This document shows, piece by piece, positions 30,016-40,348 of a DNA stretch of 64,000 bases. The position numbers and the translations under genes were made by a program. Every line of letters begins with the position of its first letter. Positions within the stretch are counted from its first letter, which is position 1. The notes beneath the pieces were generated by a model. It saw only the letters and a program-made list of their open reading frames with translations, was not told where the DNA came from and did not search any database. Source of the DNA: an uncultured delta proteobacterium (lineage in GTDB: Bacteria; Desulfobacterota; Binatia; Binatales; Binataceae); the NCBI GenBank assembly GCA_963724765.1, contig CAVRVY010000002.1, positions 32,001 through 96,000 of the forward strand. Reading direction: 5' to 3'.

Positions 30016-31089
30016 CTATTGTGCGATCGACGCGAGCATCGCCGCCGTCTCGCGCAGCAGTTGCGCGACCAGGTCGGCAGCCGGTATCTCCCGCGCGAGC
30101 GGCGCCGCTTGCCCGGCCCACAAAGAAAGGCAATCGGCGTTGCCCTGCCTGGCCGCCGTGGTGCGCATCGGACGGGTCAGGTTGTTCTGCGCGGGGTAGG
30201 GCAAAAGATGGTCTTCGTGGCCGCGCATTGCCGCTGCAAACTCATTCGTGATCCCGCGTGCGAGCCGGCCGCTGAACGCGCGCGTCAGCGTCGTGCCGTC
30301 GTCGCGGGCCGCGCGAATAGCCGCCTTATGGGCGGCCGGCGCGCCACTCTCCGGACAGGCCAGAAATGCGGTTCCCAGTTGCACGCCGCTTGCGCCGAGC
30401 GCCGCGGCAGCGACGATTCCGCGGCCGTCCATTATTCCACCCGACGCGATCACCGGAACCGAAACCGCGTCGGCCATCTGGGGCACCAGCGCGATCGTTC
30501 CGACCAGGCTGTCCTCGAGCGAGGTGATGAAGGTGCCGCGATGGGCCCCGGCCTCGCTGCCCTGCGCGACAATCGCGTCGACGCCCGCCTGCTCCAGCGC
30601 TCGCGCCTCGGCGACCGTCGTTGCGGTGCCGATCAGCTTGATTCCGCGATCCTTCATCCGCTGCATGATGTCCGCCGCCGGGATGCCGAAGGTGAAGCTG
30701 AACACCTGAACATTCGAGCGGATGACCGCTTCGACCTGCTGCTCGAACGGCGGCAATGAGGCGGCCGGAGCCGCCGGCGGCGGCAGGCCGAGCCGCTCGT
30801 GCCAGGGGGCGATCAGCTTGAGCATTGCCGCCGTGTCGGAAGAGCCGGTGCCGTCGTAGCCGCCCGCGAACAAGTTCACCGCGAATGGTTTATCGGTCCG
30901 TTCGTGGATCTCCGCGATCGCTTTGGCGATATCTTCGGGTGTCAGGTAGCCCGCGCCGAGCGAGCCGAGGCCTCCCGCGTTGGAGACCGCAGCGACCAGC
31001 GCCGGAGTGCTGGTCCCCCCGGCCATCGGCGCGAGAATGATCGCGTTCTCGACACCCATCATGGACGCCAGTTTTCGAAATCGCCGCAT
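30016..31089 (-). CDS. nitronate monooxygenase family flavoprotein
   Basis: LAPMAGG, QGSEAGAHRG, ASGGIMDGRG, SLWAGQ. Confidence 0.9.
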   Translation of the reverse strand: MRRFRKLASMMGVENAIILAPMAGGTSTPALVAAVSNAGGLGSLGAGYLTPEDIAKAIAEIHERTDKPFAVNLFAGGYDGTGSSDTAAMLKLIAPWHERLGLPPPAAPAASLPPFEQQVEAVIRSNVQVFSFTFGIPAADIMQRMKDRGIKLIGTATTVAEARALEQAGVDAIVAQGSEAGAHRGTFITSLEDSLVGTIALVPQMADAVSVPVIASGGIMDGRGIVAAAALGASGVQLGTAFLACPESGAPAAHKAAIRAARDDGTTLTRAFSGRLARGITNEFAAAMRGHEDHLLPYPAQNNLTRPMRTTAARQGNADCLSLWAGQAAPLAREIPAADLVAQLLRETAAMLASIAQ

Positions 31090-31144
31090 GACTGCTCTCT
31101 CGTATTGAAGGTTTTGAAAACGCCGCGAACGTTCGACTAACGTA

Positions 31145-31636
31145 TCAAGTATAGCCAGAGCCTCGGCGAGCGCGGAAGAAGTCGCGCAACAGCGCGGCGC
31201 ACTCGGGCTCCATCAGACCGCCGTAGACCTCGATTCGATGGTTGAGGCGGCCATCGCGTCCGATGTCATACACCGATCCGAGCGCTCCTGCCTTTTCGTC
31301 GCGCGCGCCGAAGTAAAGCTCTGCAATTCGTGCGTGAACCATCGCACCGATGCACATCACGCATGGCTCGAGCGTCACGAACAGTGCCGCGCCCTCCAGC
31401 CGGTAGGCGCCGAGCGCGGCGGCGGCCTGGCGAAGCGCCAGCATCTCGGCGTGGGCCGTAGGATCGCTGAGCGCGATCGGGCGGTTGTGCGCCGCCGCGA
31501 CTATCACCTCTTCGACGCCTTCCGCGCGGCGGCTGACAACGAGCGCGCCGACCGGCACCTCGCCCTCGGCGGCGGCGCGTTGGGCCTCGGCAATCGCCTC
31601 GGCCATCAGTGCGATCTGTCGTTCGCGATCGATCAT
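31145..31636 (-). CDS. tadA: tRNA adenosine(34) deaminase
   Basis: GEVPVGA, DPTAHAE, TLEPCVMC. Confidence 0.95.
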   Translation of the reverse strand: MIDRERQIALMAEAIAEAQRAAAEGEVPVGALVVSRRAEGVEEVIVAAAHNRPIALSDPTAHAEMLALRQAAAALGAYRLEGAALFVTLEPCVMCIGAMVHARIAELYFGARDEKAGALGSVYDIGRDGRLNHRIEVYGGLMEPECAALLRDFFRARRGSGYT

Positions 31637-31750
31637 CTCTGCGGCCTGCTGACAATGCTACATTGACAAGGCGGCGGCGCCCAACCGAGAATCCGCTTCA
31701 GGACCGGGACGAAACGTCGTGGATGGCGCCGAAATGGTTAAAGACAGAAA

Positions 31751-32074
31751 ATGGAAATCGGCGAAATTCTTCCGGAAGAACTGAGCGAGCGGCTCAAGCG
31801 GGGCGAGCGGCCTTTGATTCTTGACGTGCGCGAGCCCGAGGAGATCGCGATCGCGCCATTTCCCGGCGCCACGCATATTCCGATGGGCGAGATTCCTTCC
31901 CGCGTGACCGAACTCGACCCCGACCAGGAGACGGTCGTGGTATGCCATCATGGAGTCCGCAGCGCACAGGTCGCGATGTACCTGGCGCGGCTCGGTTTCG
32001 AGCGCGTGTCGAATCTGAGCGGCGGAATCGATCTGTGGTCGGCGACGGTCGACCCTGCGGTGCCGCGTTACTGA
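31751..32074 (+). CDS. rhodanese domain protein
   Basis: LDVREP, CHHGVRS, LSGGIDLW. Confidence 0.9.
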   Translation: MEIGEILPEELSERLKRGERPLILDVREPEEIAIAPFPGATHIPMGEIPSRVTELDPDQETVVVCHHGVRSAQVAMYLARLGFERVSNLSGGIDLWSATVDPAVPRY

Positions 32075-32125
32075 GGCTCGGCTCAGGCGGCGAGACAGGC
32101 GCGCACGACAATCGGAGGCAGGCGC

Positions 32126-32944
32126 ATGACTTACCTTGCGGCGGCAATCCAGATGGCGGCGGGAAGCGACAAGTCGGCCAACCTCGAGCGCGCCGAGCGC
32201 CTCATCCGGCTCGCCGCGGCGCGGGGCGCCAACCTGGTCGGATTGCCCGAGACCTTCAACTGGCGCGGCAAGCGTTTCGAAGAGGCGGCCGCCGCGGAAC
32301 CGCTCGAGGGCGGATCGCTGGCGGCGATTTCGCGGCTCGCTCGCGAGCTCAGCCTGCATATCGTGGCCGGCTCGATAACCGAGCACGCGCCCGGCCAGCT
32401 CAAGCGCCACAATACCTCCGTGCTGATCGGCCCCGATGGCACGCTCCTGGCGGTCTATCGCAAAATCCATCTTTTCGACATCGACCTGCCCGGCCGCGTC
32501 ACGGTCAAGGAGTCCGACGTCAAGCTCGCAGGCAGCGAGGTCGTCTCGGCGCGCACGCCGCGCGGCACGATTGGCCTTAGCGTCTGCTACGACCTGCGCT
32601 TCCCCGAGCTTTACCGCCGGCTGACTTTCGCCGGCGCCGAAATAATCACCGTGCCGAGCTGTTTCACTTTCCCCACTGGCGAGGCGCACTGGGATGCGCT
32701 GATTCGCGCCCGCGCGATCGAGAACCAGGCCTACGTCATCGCGCCGGCGCAATTCGGGACCAACGTCCACGGCTTCAGCGACTATGGCAACTCGATGATC
32801 GTCGACCCGTGGGGGCGCGTGATCGCGCGCGCCTCCGACCAGGAGGGCGTGGTCATCGCGCCAATCGACCTCGATTACCTGGCGCGAGTACGGCGCGAAT
32901 TGCCGGCGCTTGGCCACGCGCGTCTGCGCGAGGGCCTCGGCTGA
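32126..32944 (+). CDS. carbon-nitrogen hydrolase (Nit1-like)
   Basis: LPE, YRKIHLFD, VCYDLRFPE, ARAIEN. Confidence 0.95.
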   Translation: MTYLAAAIQMAAGSDKSANLERAERLIRLAAARGANLVGLPETFNWRGKRFEEAAAAEPLEGGSLAAISRLARELSLHIVAGSITEHAPGQLKRHNTSVLIGPDGTLLAVYRKIHLFDIDLPGRVTVKESDVKLAGSEVVSARTPRGTIGLSVCYDLRFPELYRRLTFAGAEIITVPSCFTFPTGEAHWDALIRARAIENQAYVIAPAQFGTNVHGFSDYGNSMIVDPWGRVIARASDQEGVVIAPIDLDYLARVRRELPALGHARLREGLG

Positions 32945-33231
32945 GCGCCGCTCCGGTAAAGGTGCGGACGATCGCGGCGCGCTTCGCTTCTGCGGTAAGA
33001 TCGCGCTTGGGCGATTTGGGGCGGGTAATGATGAGCATGGCGAAGGCCTCGCGCTTGACGCGCGATAGGCTACGGGTCTAATCAGGCACTACTCTCGCGA
33101 TTCTCGCGGACCGGCTCGTATCCTCAAACGGCGGCGCTCGCCTGAGCCGGCGAAATTCGCAGACGGCGAGGGCGCCGGTGGAAGGGCGGGTGGCGCCGCG
33201 GCGGGATATACGCACTGAGGAAAAATTTCAC

Positions 33232-34407
33232 ATGGCAGAAGGACCGTTGTCTGGTTTTCGCATTCTCGACCTGACCCAGGTGGTTTCGGGACCGTTTTGC
33301 GCGATGCTGCTGGGCGACCTCGGCGCCGACGTTATCAAGGTCGAGCCGCCCGAGGGCGATACCACGCGGCGGATCGGACGGCCGCGCAAAAACGGCGTCA
33401 CCGCGTCGTTCCTGAATTTCAACCGCAACAAGCGCAGCGTCGTGATCGATCTCAAGAAGGAACAGGGCCGCGACCTGGTGCGGATGCTGGCCGTGCGCGC
33501 CGACGCCTTTATCGAGAACAACCGCCCCGGCGTCGCCGACCGCCTCGGCATCGGTTACGCCGACATCCGCCGGCTCAACCCGAAGATCGTCTACTGCTCG
33601 ATCTGCGGCTTCGGTCCCAAGGGCCCCTACGCCAACGCGCCCGCCTACGATCCGGTCATCCAGTGCTTCTCGACCATGGCGGCGCTGCAGGGCCGGCGCG
33701 GCGGACAGCCGACCGTGGTCAAGATGGCGCTGGCCGACAAAATCAGCGGGATGACCGCCGCGCTCAGCATCGTGAGCGCGCTGCATGCGGCGCGTAATCG
33801 TGGCGTGGGCCAGAACATCCGCATCCCGATGGTCGAGGCGATGATGGCGTTCACCTGCAACGACACCATGGTGGGCTATACCTTCGTGCCCGAGGACGAG
33901 TACAAGGACCAGGCGCCGAAGAGCCAGAGCCTCGATCCATTTCCGACCAGGGACGGATGGATTTCGGTCGCGCCGTTCACCGACGAGCAGTTCGAGCGCC
34001 TGTGCCTCGGCGTCGGCCATCACGAATGGTGGACCGCGGTTCCAGACCGCACCGAGCGCATCCGCGGCATCCTGCGCGGGCTCGCCAAGACGCTCCCCGA
34101 GCGCACGACCGCCGAGTGGCTCGCAGTGCTGGAGAAAGCCGACGTGCCGGTCGGCCGCGTCAACGATTACGAGACGTTGTTCACCGACGAAGAGATTGTC
34201 GCCAACGAGAACTTCACCCTGTACGAGCATCCCGACGCGGGCACCGTGCGCACGGTAAATCCCGGCGCGCGTTTTACCGAGACGCCGGCGCGGATGTGGC
34301 GGATTCCGCCGCGCCTGGGCGAGAACACCGAGGAAGTCCTGCGCGAACTCGGCGTCGAACGATCGACGATCGAAGAGTTGCGCAACGCCAAGGTAATCAA
34401 CAGCTAG
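33232..34407 (+). CDS. CaiB/BaiF family III CoA-transferase
   Basis: ILDLTQVVSGP, DLGADVIKVE, NRNKRS, PRLGEN. Confidence 0.95.
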   Translation: MAEGPLSGFRILDLTQVVSGPFCAMLLGDLGADVIKVEPPEGDTTRRIGRPRKNGVTASFLNFNRNKRSVVIDLKKEQGRDLVRMLAVRADAFIENNRPGVADRLGIGYADIRRLNPKIVYCSICGFGPKGPYANAPAYDPVIQCFSTMAALQGRRGGQPTVVKMALADKISGMTAALSIVSALHAARNRGVGQNIRIPMVEAMMAFTCNDTMVGYTFVPEDEYKDQAPKSQSLDPFPTRDGWISVAPFTDEQFERLCLGVGHHEWWTAVPDRTERIRGILRGLAKTLPERTTAEWLAVLEKADVPVGRVNDYETLFTDEEIVANENFTLYEHPDAGTVRTVNPGARFTETPARMWRIPPRLGENTEEVLRELGVERSTIEELRNAKVINS

Positions 34408-35033
34408 GAAAACAGTTCGGGGACGTGCTGGCTGAGATAGACCAGCGCATGGTAGAGATATTGAATCCCCGACACCACCAGGACTGCGCCGGTCAGGTAC
34501 AACAGCGCGTACCAGTCGCGCTGGCTCAGTCCGAAACGCTCCGCCAGCGTGCCAATCACGCATACGATGAGCAGCAGCGTGGTCAGTTTGCCGAACATGC
34601 TCGGGCGGACCGGAAAACGCTCGCCCGCGGCGAACGAAATCATCAGGTAGCCGAGCACGAGCACGATGTCGCGGATCGCGGTCAAGATCAAAAGCCAGAC
34701 CGGAAGCTTGTGCTCGAAGGTCAGCACCACCAGGGCGCTCAGCAGCATCAGCTTGTCGGCAAACGGATCGAGGATCGCGCCGAGCTCGGTGCGGATATCG
34801 AACCATCGCGCGACGGCGCCGTCGAGCGCGTCGGTCGCCGCCGCCAGCGCAAAGACGTAAAGGGCCGACGTGAAACGGTCCTTGCTGAGGAGGACCAGGA
34901 AGATTGGCACCATTCCGATGCGGCAGAGCGAGATGATGTTGGGAAGCTTGAGCAGATGGCCGAGGCGCACACGGCCGACCACCGGCAGGATGCCGCCCGG
35001 CTTTGGCGAAGAAGTCGAGATGTGTGCGCCCAT
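34404..35033 (-). CDS. CDP-alcohol phosphatidyltransferase
   Basis: LPNIIS, DALDGAVAR...GAILDPFADK. Confidence 0.9.
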   Translation of the reverse strand: MGAHISTSSPKPGGILPVVGRVRLGHLLKLPNIISLCRIGMVPIFLVLLSKDRFTSALYVFALAAATDALDGAVARWFDIRTELGAILDPFADKLMLLSALVVLTFEHKLPVWLLILTAIRDIVLVLGYLMISFAAGERFPVRPSMFGKLTTLLLIVCVIGTLAERFGLSQRDWYALLYLTGAVLVVSGIQYLYHALVYLSQHVPELFS

Positions 35034-35066
35034 CGTCGCTCAGTTCTCGGGTCAGTTCGCTGCGGC

Positions 35067-36359
35067 TTAAACAATCGCCGCTTTGCGCAGCCGTCCGGCC
35101 ACCGGCGCGCTGACTCGCGCCCGCAGCGAGACCGTGCCGTCGCTGTATTCCTCTCCCAGCACCTCGCCGTCGCGCCGCGCCATCGCGACCAGGTCACCGC
35201 GCCCGGCTGGCAGCATTACCGTCACTTCCTCGCGCCACGCGCTGAACCATCGCGCCATCGCGCCGAGCAGTTCGTCCAGCCCCCGGCCGCGTAGCGCTGA
35301 GATCGCGACCGTGTCCGACGCGATCGCAAGCCGCATCCCATCGGCCGGTACCAGGTCTACCTTGTTCATAACCACGATTCGCGAGGCCGCCCCTGCGCCG
35401 ATTTCCTCCAGCACCCGGTCAACGATTTCCATCCGCTTGGCCGCCAGCGGCGAGCTGGCGTCGACCACGTGCAGCAGCAGATCGGCGGTCCGGACTTCCT
35501 CGAGCGTGGCCTTGAAGGCCTCGACCAGCATATGCGGCAGGCGATGGATGAAGCCGACCGTGTCGGCCAGCATCACCGTCACCTTACCCGGCAGCCGCAG
35601 GCGTCGGATAGTCGGGTCGAGCGTCGAGAACGGACGATCGGCGGTTTCGACACCGGCCTGTGTTAGCGCATTCATCAAGGTCGATTTCCCCGAGTTGGTA
35701 TAGCCGACCAGCGCCACGGTCGGATAGGGAACCTCGAGCCGGCGCCGGCGCTGGATTGTGCGCGTGCGCTCGACTTCGCCGAGGCGCTGGCGCAGGCGCG
35801 TGAGGCGCTCGCGCACGCGGCGGCGGTCGACTTCAAGCTGGGTTTCGCCGGGGCCGCGGATACCGATACGGCCGCCAGAGGCGCCGCCGCCGCCGGCCTG
35901 GCGCGAGAGATGGGCCCACTGGCGCGTCAGGCGCGGCGCCAGGTAACTGAGCTGCGCAATCTCGACCTGGAGCTTGCCCTCCAGGGTGCGTGCGCGCTGG
36001 GCGAAGATGTCGAGGATGAGCTGGCTGCGATCGATCACGCGCAGCTCGAGTTCCTTTTCCAGATTGCGCGCCTGCGCAGGGCTGAGCGCGTCATCGAAGA
36101 TCGCCAGCGTGGCGCCGCGCTCGCGCGCGAGCTCGCGCACTTCCTGGACCTTGCCGCGTCCAATAAAGGTGCGCGGGTCGGGGCGCTTGAGTTTTTGGCT
36201 GACGGTGGCGGCGATTTTCGCGCCGGCGCTCTCGGCCAGCGCGGCGAGTTCGCCGAGCGAGTCTTCGCTGGCGATCTCACCGTTTGAGCCGGCCAGTTCG
36301 ACTCCGACCAGAACTGCGCGTTCGGCATCCTCGATGGTGGGGCTATGGGAAAAGCTCAG
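35067..36359 (-). CDS. hflX: ribosome-splitting GTPase HflX (probable CTG start)
   Basis: ERAVLVG, LAESAG, TFIGRGK, GPGETQLE, GYTNSGKS, DTVGF, NKVD; frame open to CTG 36359 with GAGGT 6 nt upstream. Confidence 0.85.
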   Translation of the reverse strand: MSFSHSPTIEDAERAVLVGVELAGSNGEIASEDSLGELAALAESAGAKIAATVSQKLKRPDPRTFIGRGKVQEVRELARERGATLAIFDDALSPAQARNLEKELELRVIDRSQLILDIFAQRARTLEGKLQVEIAQLSYLAPRLTRQWAHLSRQAGGGGASGGRIGIRGPGETQLEVDRRRVRERLTRLRQRLGEVERTRTIQRRRRLEVPYPTVALVGYTNSGKSTLMNALTQAGVETADRPFSTLDPTIRRLRLPGKVTVMLADTVGFIHRLPHMLVEAFKATLEEVRTADLLLHVVDASSPLAAKRMEIVDRVLEEIGAGAASRIVVMNKVDLVPADGMRLAIASDTVAISALRGRGLDELLGAMARWFSAWREEVTVMLPAGRGDLVAMARRDGEVLGEEYSDGTVSLRARVSAPVAGRLRKAAIV

Positions 36360-36412
36360 AGGCCAACCTCGCTGCGGGCTGGATTAGGAATCCAAAGAAT
36401 CGAATCGCGCAT
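36356..36412 (-). CDS. putative 18-aa leader peptide MRDSILWIPNPARSEVGL
   Basis: AAGGATAAGGAGC before the ATG; TGA overlaps the hflX CTG (CTGA). Confidence 0.4.
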   Translation of the reverse strand: MRDSILWIPNPARSEVGL

Positions 36413-36536
36413 GCTCCTTATCCTTGATCCTAGCAAAAATGCGGTGCCCTATGTCAGCACTTTTTTACCGCACCAAGCGCGTGCCGACGCTCTCTTGAAC
36501 GGCACTGCTTCGTCCGCCAATTGATCAGTTGCGGAG

Positions 36537-37418
36537 CTAGCGGCCGAGGTAGCGCCGCAAAAAATCGAGACTCGTTTGCCAGGCGTCCTCGCGGGCTGCC
36601 GCGTCGAGGCCGTGCCCCTTGCCGGGATATATTTTCATCTCGTGGGGGCGGTTGTAGCTCGTGAGCAGCGCGTCGAGCTCGTACGCGTAGCGCACCGGGA
36701 TGGTCGTGTCGGCGTCGCCATGCAGGATCAGCGTGGGCGGCATGTTCGCCGCCGTCGGGATGTAACTATTGTTCATTCCTCCGTAGTACTCGATAACGGC
36801 TGCCACCCGGCCGCCTTCCGACGCGCCTACAGCCAGCGCCAGGAAAGCGCCCAGCGAATGCCCTAGCAGGGCGATCCGATCGCGTTTTACCGTGGGATTG
36901 TGGCCGAGCGCGTCGATTCCGTCAGCGATTTCGCGCGTCCAGATCGGAAAATTTCCGTTGACCCAGGCCGCGAAGCCCTTTCCGGTCACCGGGAGATCGC
37001 CCGGCCGCGCCGGACCCGCCTGACTGTAGTATTCTATGAACATCGAGTAGTAGCCGATCGCCGCCAGGTTGCGGCAATTCTCGACGAAGCCCTCGTCGCC
37101 GACGCCTCTGGGGACCGCGCCATGTAGCAAGATGACCGCCGGATGGGCTCCGGGCGCGAGCGGCACGCAGTAGAAGTCCTCGACCGGCTTTCCAGCCGAC
37201 TCGAATTGTTCGTAATGAACCTCGATTGGATGAGAGTCAGGCGAAACCAGTACAGCCGGCGAGACCTGCGCGGCCGGCCGGCCGGAAGCACCGGCGGCCG
37301 GCGGCATGCCGAAAGCCGATAAAAGGCCCGCGTCGAAAGACGATGAAAGGACGAAGATCGGCGCGGCGGACGCGAGCATCCGGAGCAAAAGAGAATGTCG
37401 CGAGGCTCGCAGGCTCAT
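36537..37418 (-). CDS. dienelactone hydrolase family protein, probably exported
   Basis: VILLHG, GHSLG, LILHGDAD, YPGKGHG; signal-like N-terminus; start uncertain. Confidence 0.8.
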   Translation of the reverse strand: MSLRASRHSLLLRMLASAAPIFVLSSSFDAGLLSAFGMPPAAGASGRPAAQVSPAVLVSPDSHPIEVHYEQFESAGKPVEDFYCVPLAPGAHPAVILLHGAVPRGVGDEGFVENCRNLAAIGYYSMFIEYYSQAGPARPGDLPVTGKGFAAWVNGNFPIWTREIADGIDALGHNPTVKRDRIALLGHSLGAFLALAVGASEGGRVAAVIEYYGGMNNSYIPTAANMPPTLILHGDADTTIPVRYAYELDALLTSYNRPHEMKIYPGKGHGLDAAAREDAWQTSLDFLRRYLGR

Positions 37419-37817
37419 GGCGTGTTGCTCAGTGCCGTGGCGCCACTGTTCAGTTCGAGCGCTTCGTACGCCATCGCCTGGTCCTGTCTGTTGATCCTGC
37501 CTGTTGGTCCCGCCTGTTATAGCCGAAGTCGGGGACGGCCCGCCGCCGTCCCGTGCGCGCTCCAACTTAACCGAACGCGCCGCGTTCGCACCAATCGGGT
37601 GACGAGCTGATCAGGATTTTTTCGGGTCTACTGGAGGATGATTAATTTACTCAAACTGCTTTAAAAGTGACATAGAGGGCTCTTCGCTTGTGGCACATTA
37701 GCGCTCTAACAAGCACTCACACGCACATTCTACCTGCTCTTCGCACAAGGCATCTTGACTCCGCTAAGGTCACAACAGACGCTGGGAATTGAAAAGTGAG
37801 TTCGCCGGCCGCTGCGA

Positions 37818-38099
37818 ATGAAAAAAGGGACTCCCCCAAAAAAAATTTCAAACAGGCCCATTCAAAGTATGGCTGAAGTAGCTCAGAGCGATCAGATTTT
37901 CACCATCAAGGAATTGTCGGAACACCTGCGCGTTCATCCGACGACGATCTACCGCTTGCTTCGACAGGGGCGGTTGCCCGGCTTCCGCGTCGGCAGCAAC
38001 TGGCGATTCAGCCGCGAAGCAATCGAACAGTGGGAACGCGATCAGGCCGGTAGGGCAGGAAGTCCGCCGCGCCGCCGCCGCGCCCGCCGCCATCACTAG
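37818..38099 (+). CDS. excisionase-like HTH_17 DNA-binding protein
   Basis: FTIKELSEHLRVHPTTIYRLLRQGRLPGFRVGSNWRF. Confidence 0.85.
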   Translation: MKKGTPPKKISNRPIQSMAEVAQSDQIFTIKELSEHLRVHPTTIYRLLRQGRLPGFRVGSNWRFSREAIEQWERDQAGRAGSPPRRRRARRHH

Positions 38100-38327
38100 A
38101 AACAACCGACATTCTCGCACGATTTGCCCACACGGATTTGCCCGGGTAACCTGCCCGCTCAATTTGCGCGTGTGACGCGCTCCGCGCACGCCGGCTCCGC
38201 CGCATGCCGCAAGACCACGCGGCCGGCCGTCCGCGCGACGTCGAGCGTTCGGCGGCGGCACGTTTGACAACCGGCCTTCATTCCGAATAGCTAACCTCAA
38301 ATACGTCGCCGGAGAGTGTTGATAACG

Positions 38328-39140
38328 ATGCCGACCAAGTACGTGGAAGTGCACGGCTGCGCCACCTACTACTACTATGCGGGACAAACCACGCTGCCCG
38401 ACGTGGTGCCCGACCTCTCGCGCGGCCGCAAAATCGTCATGGTGCACGGCGCCGGCTCCAACGGCCATAGCTGGCACAATCAGGTCGACCATCTCGGCCG
38501 CGCCCACAGCCCGATCGCAATCGATCTGCCGGCGCACGGCCGTTCCTCGGGCGTCGAGGGGCTCAAGACGGTCCAGGAGTACACCGACTTTGTGGTCGCC
38601 TTTCTTGACGCGCTCGGTATCGGCTCAGCAGTGATCGCGGGACGCTCGATGGGCGGGGCGATTGCGATGGACATGGCGCTGCGTTACCCGAAGCGGGTCG
38701 AGGCGATCGTGCCGGTCGTGACCGCGGCCAGGTTTAATATCGAACCCGGACGTATCGACGCGCTGCGCGGGGTCGCGATGGGCCGTGCGCCGCAGGCTTT
38801 TGTCACATACGGTTACTCGCCCGCTACCGTCAAAGATCGGTTCGAGATCGTGCGCGAGGGCTGGATGGAGCAGATCCAGACCGACCCGCGCGTGCGCTAT
38901 ACCGACATGGTGGCCTGCACGCGATGCGATCTGCGCGAGCAAATCGCGCGCATCGACAAGCCGGCGTTTGTTTTGGCCGGCGCGCACGATCCGATCACTA
39001 CGCCCGCCGACGCCGAACTTATAAACGGGTGTATCCGCGGCTCGAAAATGCGCGTGATCGCCGACGCCGGGCACCATCTGCCCAACGAGCAGCCGGCCGA
39101 AATCAACTCTGCCATCGAGAGTTTTCTCTCCGAACTTTAG
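38328..39140 (+). CDS. alpha/beta-fold hydrolase
   Basis: VHGAG, DLPAHG, GRSMGG, HD, AGH. Confidence 0.9.
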   Translation: MPTKYVEVHGCATYYYYAGQTTLPDVVPDLSRGRKIVMVHGAGSNGHSWHNQVDHLGRAHSPIAIDLPAHGRSSGVEGLKTVQEYTDFVVAFLDALGIGSAVIAGRSMGGAIAMDMALRYPKRVEAIVPVVTAARFNIEPGRIDALRGVAMGRAPQAFVTYGYSPATVKDRFEIVREGWMEQIQTDPRVRYTDMVACTRCDLREQIARIDKPAFVLAGAHDPITTPADAELINGCIRGSKMRVIADAGHHLPNEQPAEINSAIESFLSEL

Positions 39141-39154
39141 TCAGGGAGCGTCCG

Positions 39155-40315
39155 ATGAGCCTAAGCCGCAAGACCGCGCTGGCCGGCGTGTACGAGCATC
39201 CGGCCCGCTTTGCGCCCAACAAGAGCATGTTCCAGATCATGGCCGAGAGCGTACGCGGCGCGCTCGACGACGCCGGGCTCAAGATTCAGGACGTCGACGG
39301 CGTATGCACGACCGGAATCGGGATGAGCGGGATGGGGATTGTGGGGTTCTGCGATTACATGAACCTGACGCCCAACTTCGTCGACTCGACCTCGATCGGC
39401 GGCTCGTCATTCGTCGCCCATACCGCTCATGCCGCGGCCGCGATCGCGGCCGGGCTGTGCAAGGTCGCCGTGGTGGTCTACGGCTCGACCGCGGCCTCGC
39501 AGCGCTTTGCGATCGGTACCGGTGGCGGGGGCGGCGGTAGCGATCCGTGCGATCAGTATGAAGTGCCGTTCGGGCCGACCACTGTCGGAGCCTACGCGAT
39601 GATGGCGCAGCGTCACATGTACGAATATGGCACGACTTCGGAGCAGCTCGCCGAAATCGCGGTCACGATGCGCCTGCACGCCTCGATGAATCCCGCGGCC
39701 AAGTATCGTGATCCGATTACGGTTGAGGACGTGATGGCCTCGCGCATCATCTCGTCGCCGCTGCATTTGCTCGACTGCTGCATCATCAGTGACGGCGGCG
39801 GCGCGCTGGTGGTGACCTCGGCCGAGCGCGCGCGCGACCTCAAGAAGAAGCCGGCTTACATTCTCGGTTGCGGCGAGACCGTGCGCCACCCGGCGCGGGG
39901 CCGGCGCGACTTTATGGAGATGGCGGCGGCGCAATCGGGACCGCTCGCCTTCGAGCGCGCCGGCGTCACCCCGGCCGACATCGACATGGCGATGATTTAC
40001 GACTCGTTCACGATTACGGTTCTGATGACGCTGGAGAATCTCGGATTCTGCAAAGGCGGCGAGGGTGGCGCGTTCGTCTCAGGCGGACGGCTCCGCTACG
40101 ATGGAGCGCTCCCGACCAACACCGACGGCGGCGGGCTGTCGTCGAACCATCCGGGGATGCGCGGAATCTTTCTGGTGATCGAAGCGGTTAAGCAGTTGCG
40201 CGGCGAATGCGGGCCGCGCCAGGTCAAGGACTGCGCGCTGGCGCTGTGCCACGGCACCGGCGGCACGCTCGGCATCCGCCACTCCGGTGCGACGCTCATC
40301 CTGGGCAACCAGTAG
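39155..40315 (+). CDS. thiolase-like (SCP-x/Ltp2-type) protein
   Basis: SIGGSS (no nucleophile Cys), DCCIISDGG, YDSF, NTDGGGLSSNHPG. Confidence 0.9.
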   Translation: MSLSRKTALAGVYEHPARFAPNKSMFQIMAESVRGALDDAGLKIQDVDGVCTTGIGMSGMGIVGFCDYMNLTPNFVDSTSIGGSSFVAHTAHAAAAIAAGLCKVAVVVYGSTAASQRFAIGTGGGGGGSDPCDQYEVPFGPTTVGAYAMMAQRHMYEYGTTSEQLAEIAVTMRLHASMNPAAKYRDPITVEDVMASRIISSPLHLLDCCIISDGGGALVVTSAERARDLKKKPAYILGCGETVRHPARGRRDFMEMAAAQSGPLAFERAGVTPADIDMAMIYDSFTITVLMTLENLGFCKGGEGGAFVSGGRLRYDGALPTNTDGGGLSSNHPGMRGIFLVIEAVKQLRGECGPRQVKDCALALCHGTGGTLGIRHSGATLILGNQ

Positions 40316-40348
40316 GCAGCGGCGAAACAGTAAGACAGGAACTCCACG

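Noticed and set aside
33124-34806. 560-aa minus-strand ORF and many similar long antisense ORFs
   Set aside because: Shadow frames of real high-GC genes; no motifs.
37691-37705. TGGCAC sigma-54-like element upstream of the HTH gene
   Set aside because: GG-to-GC spacing is not 10 nt.
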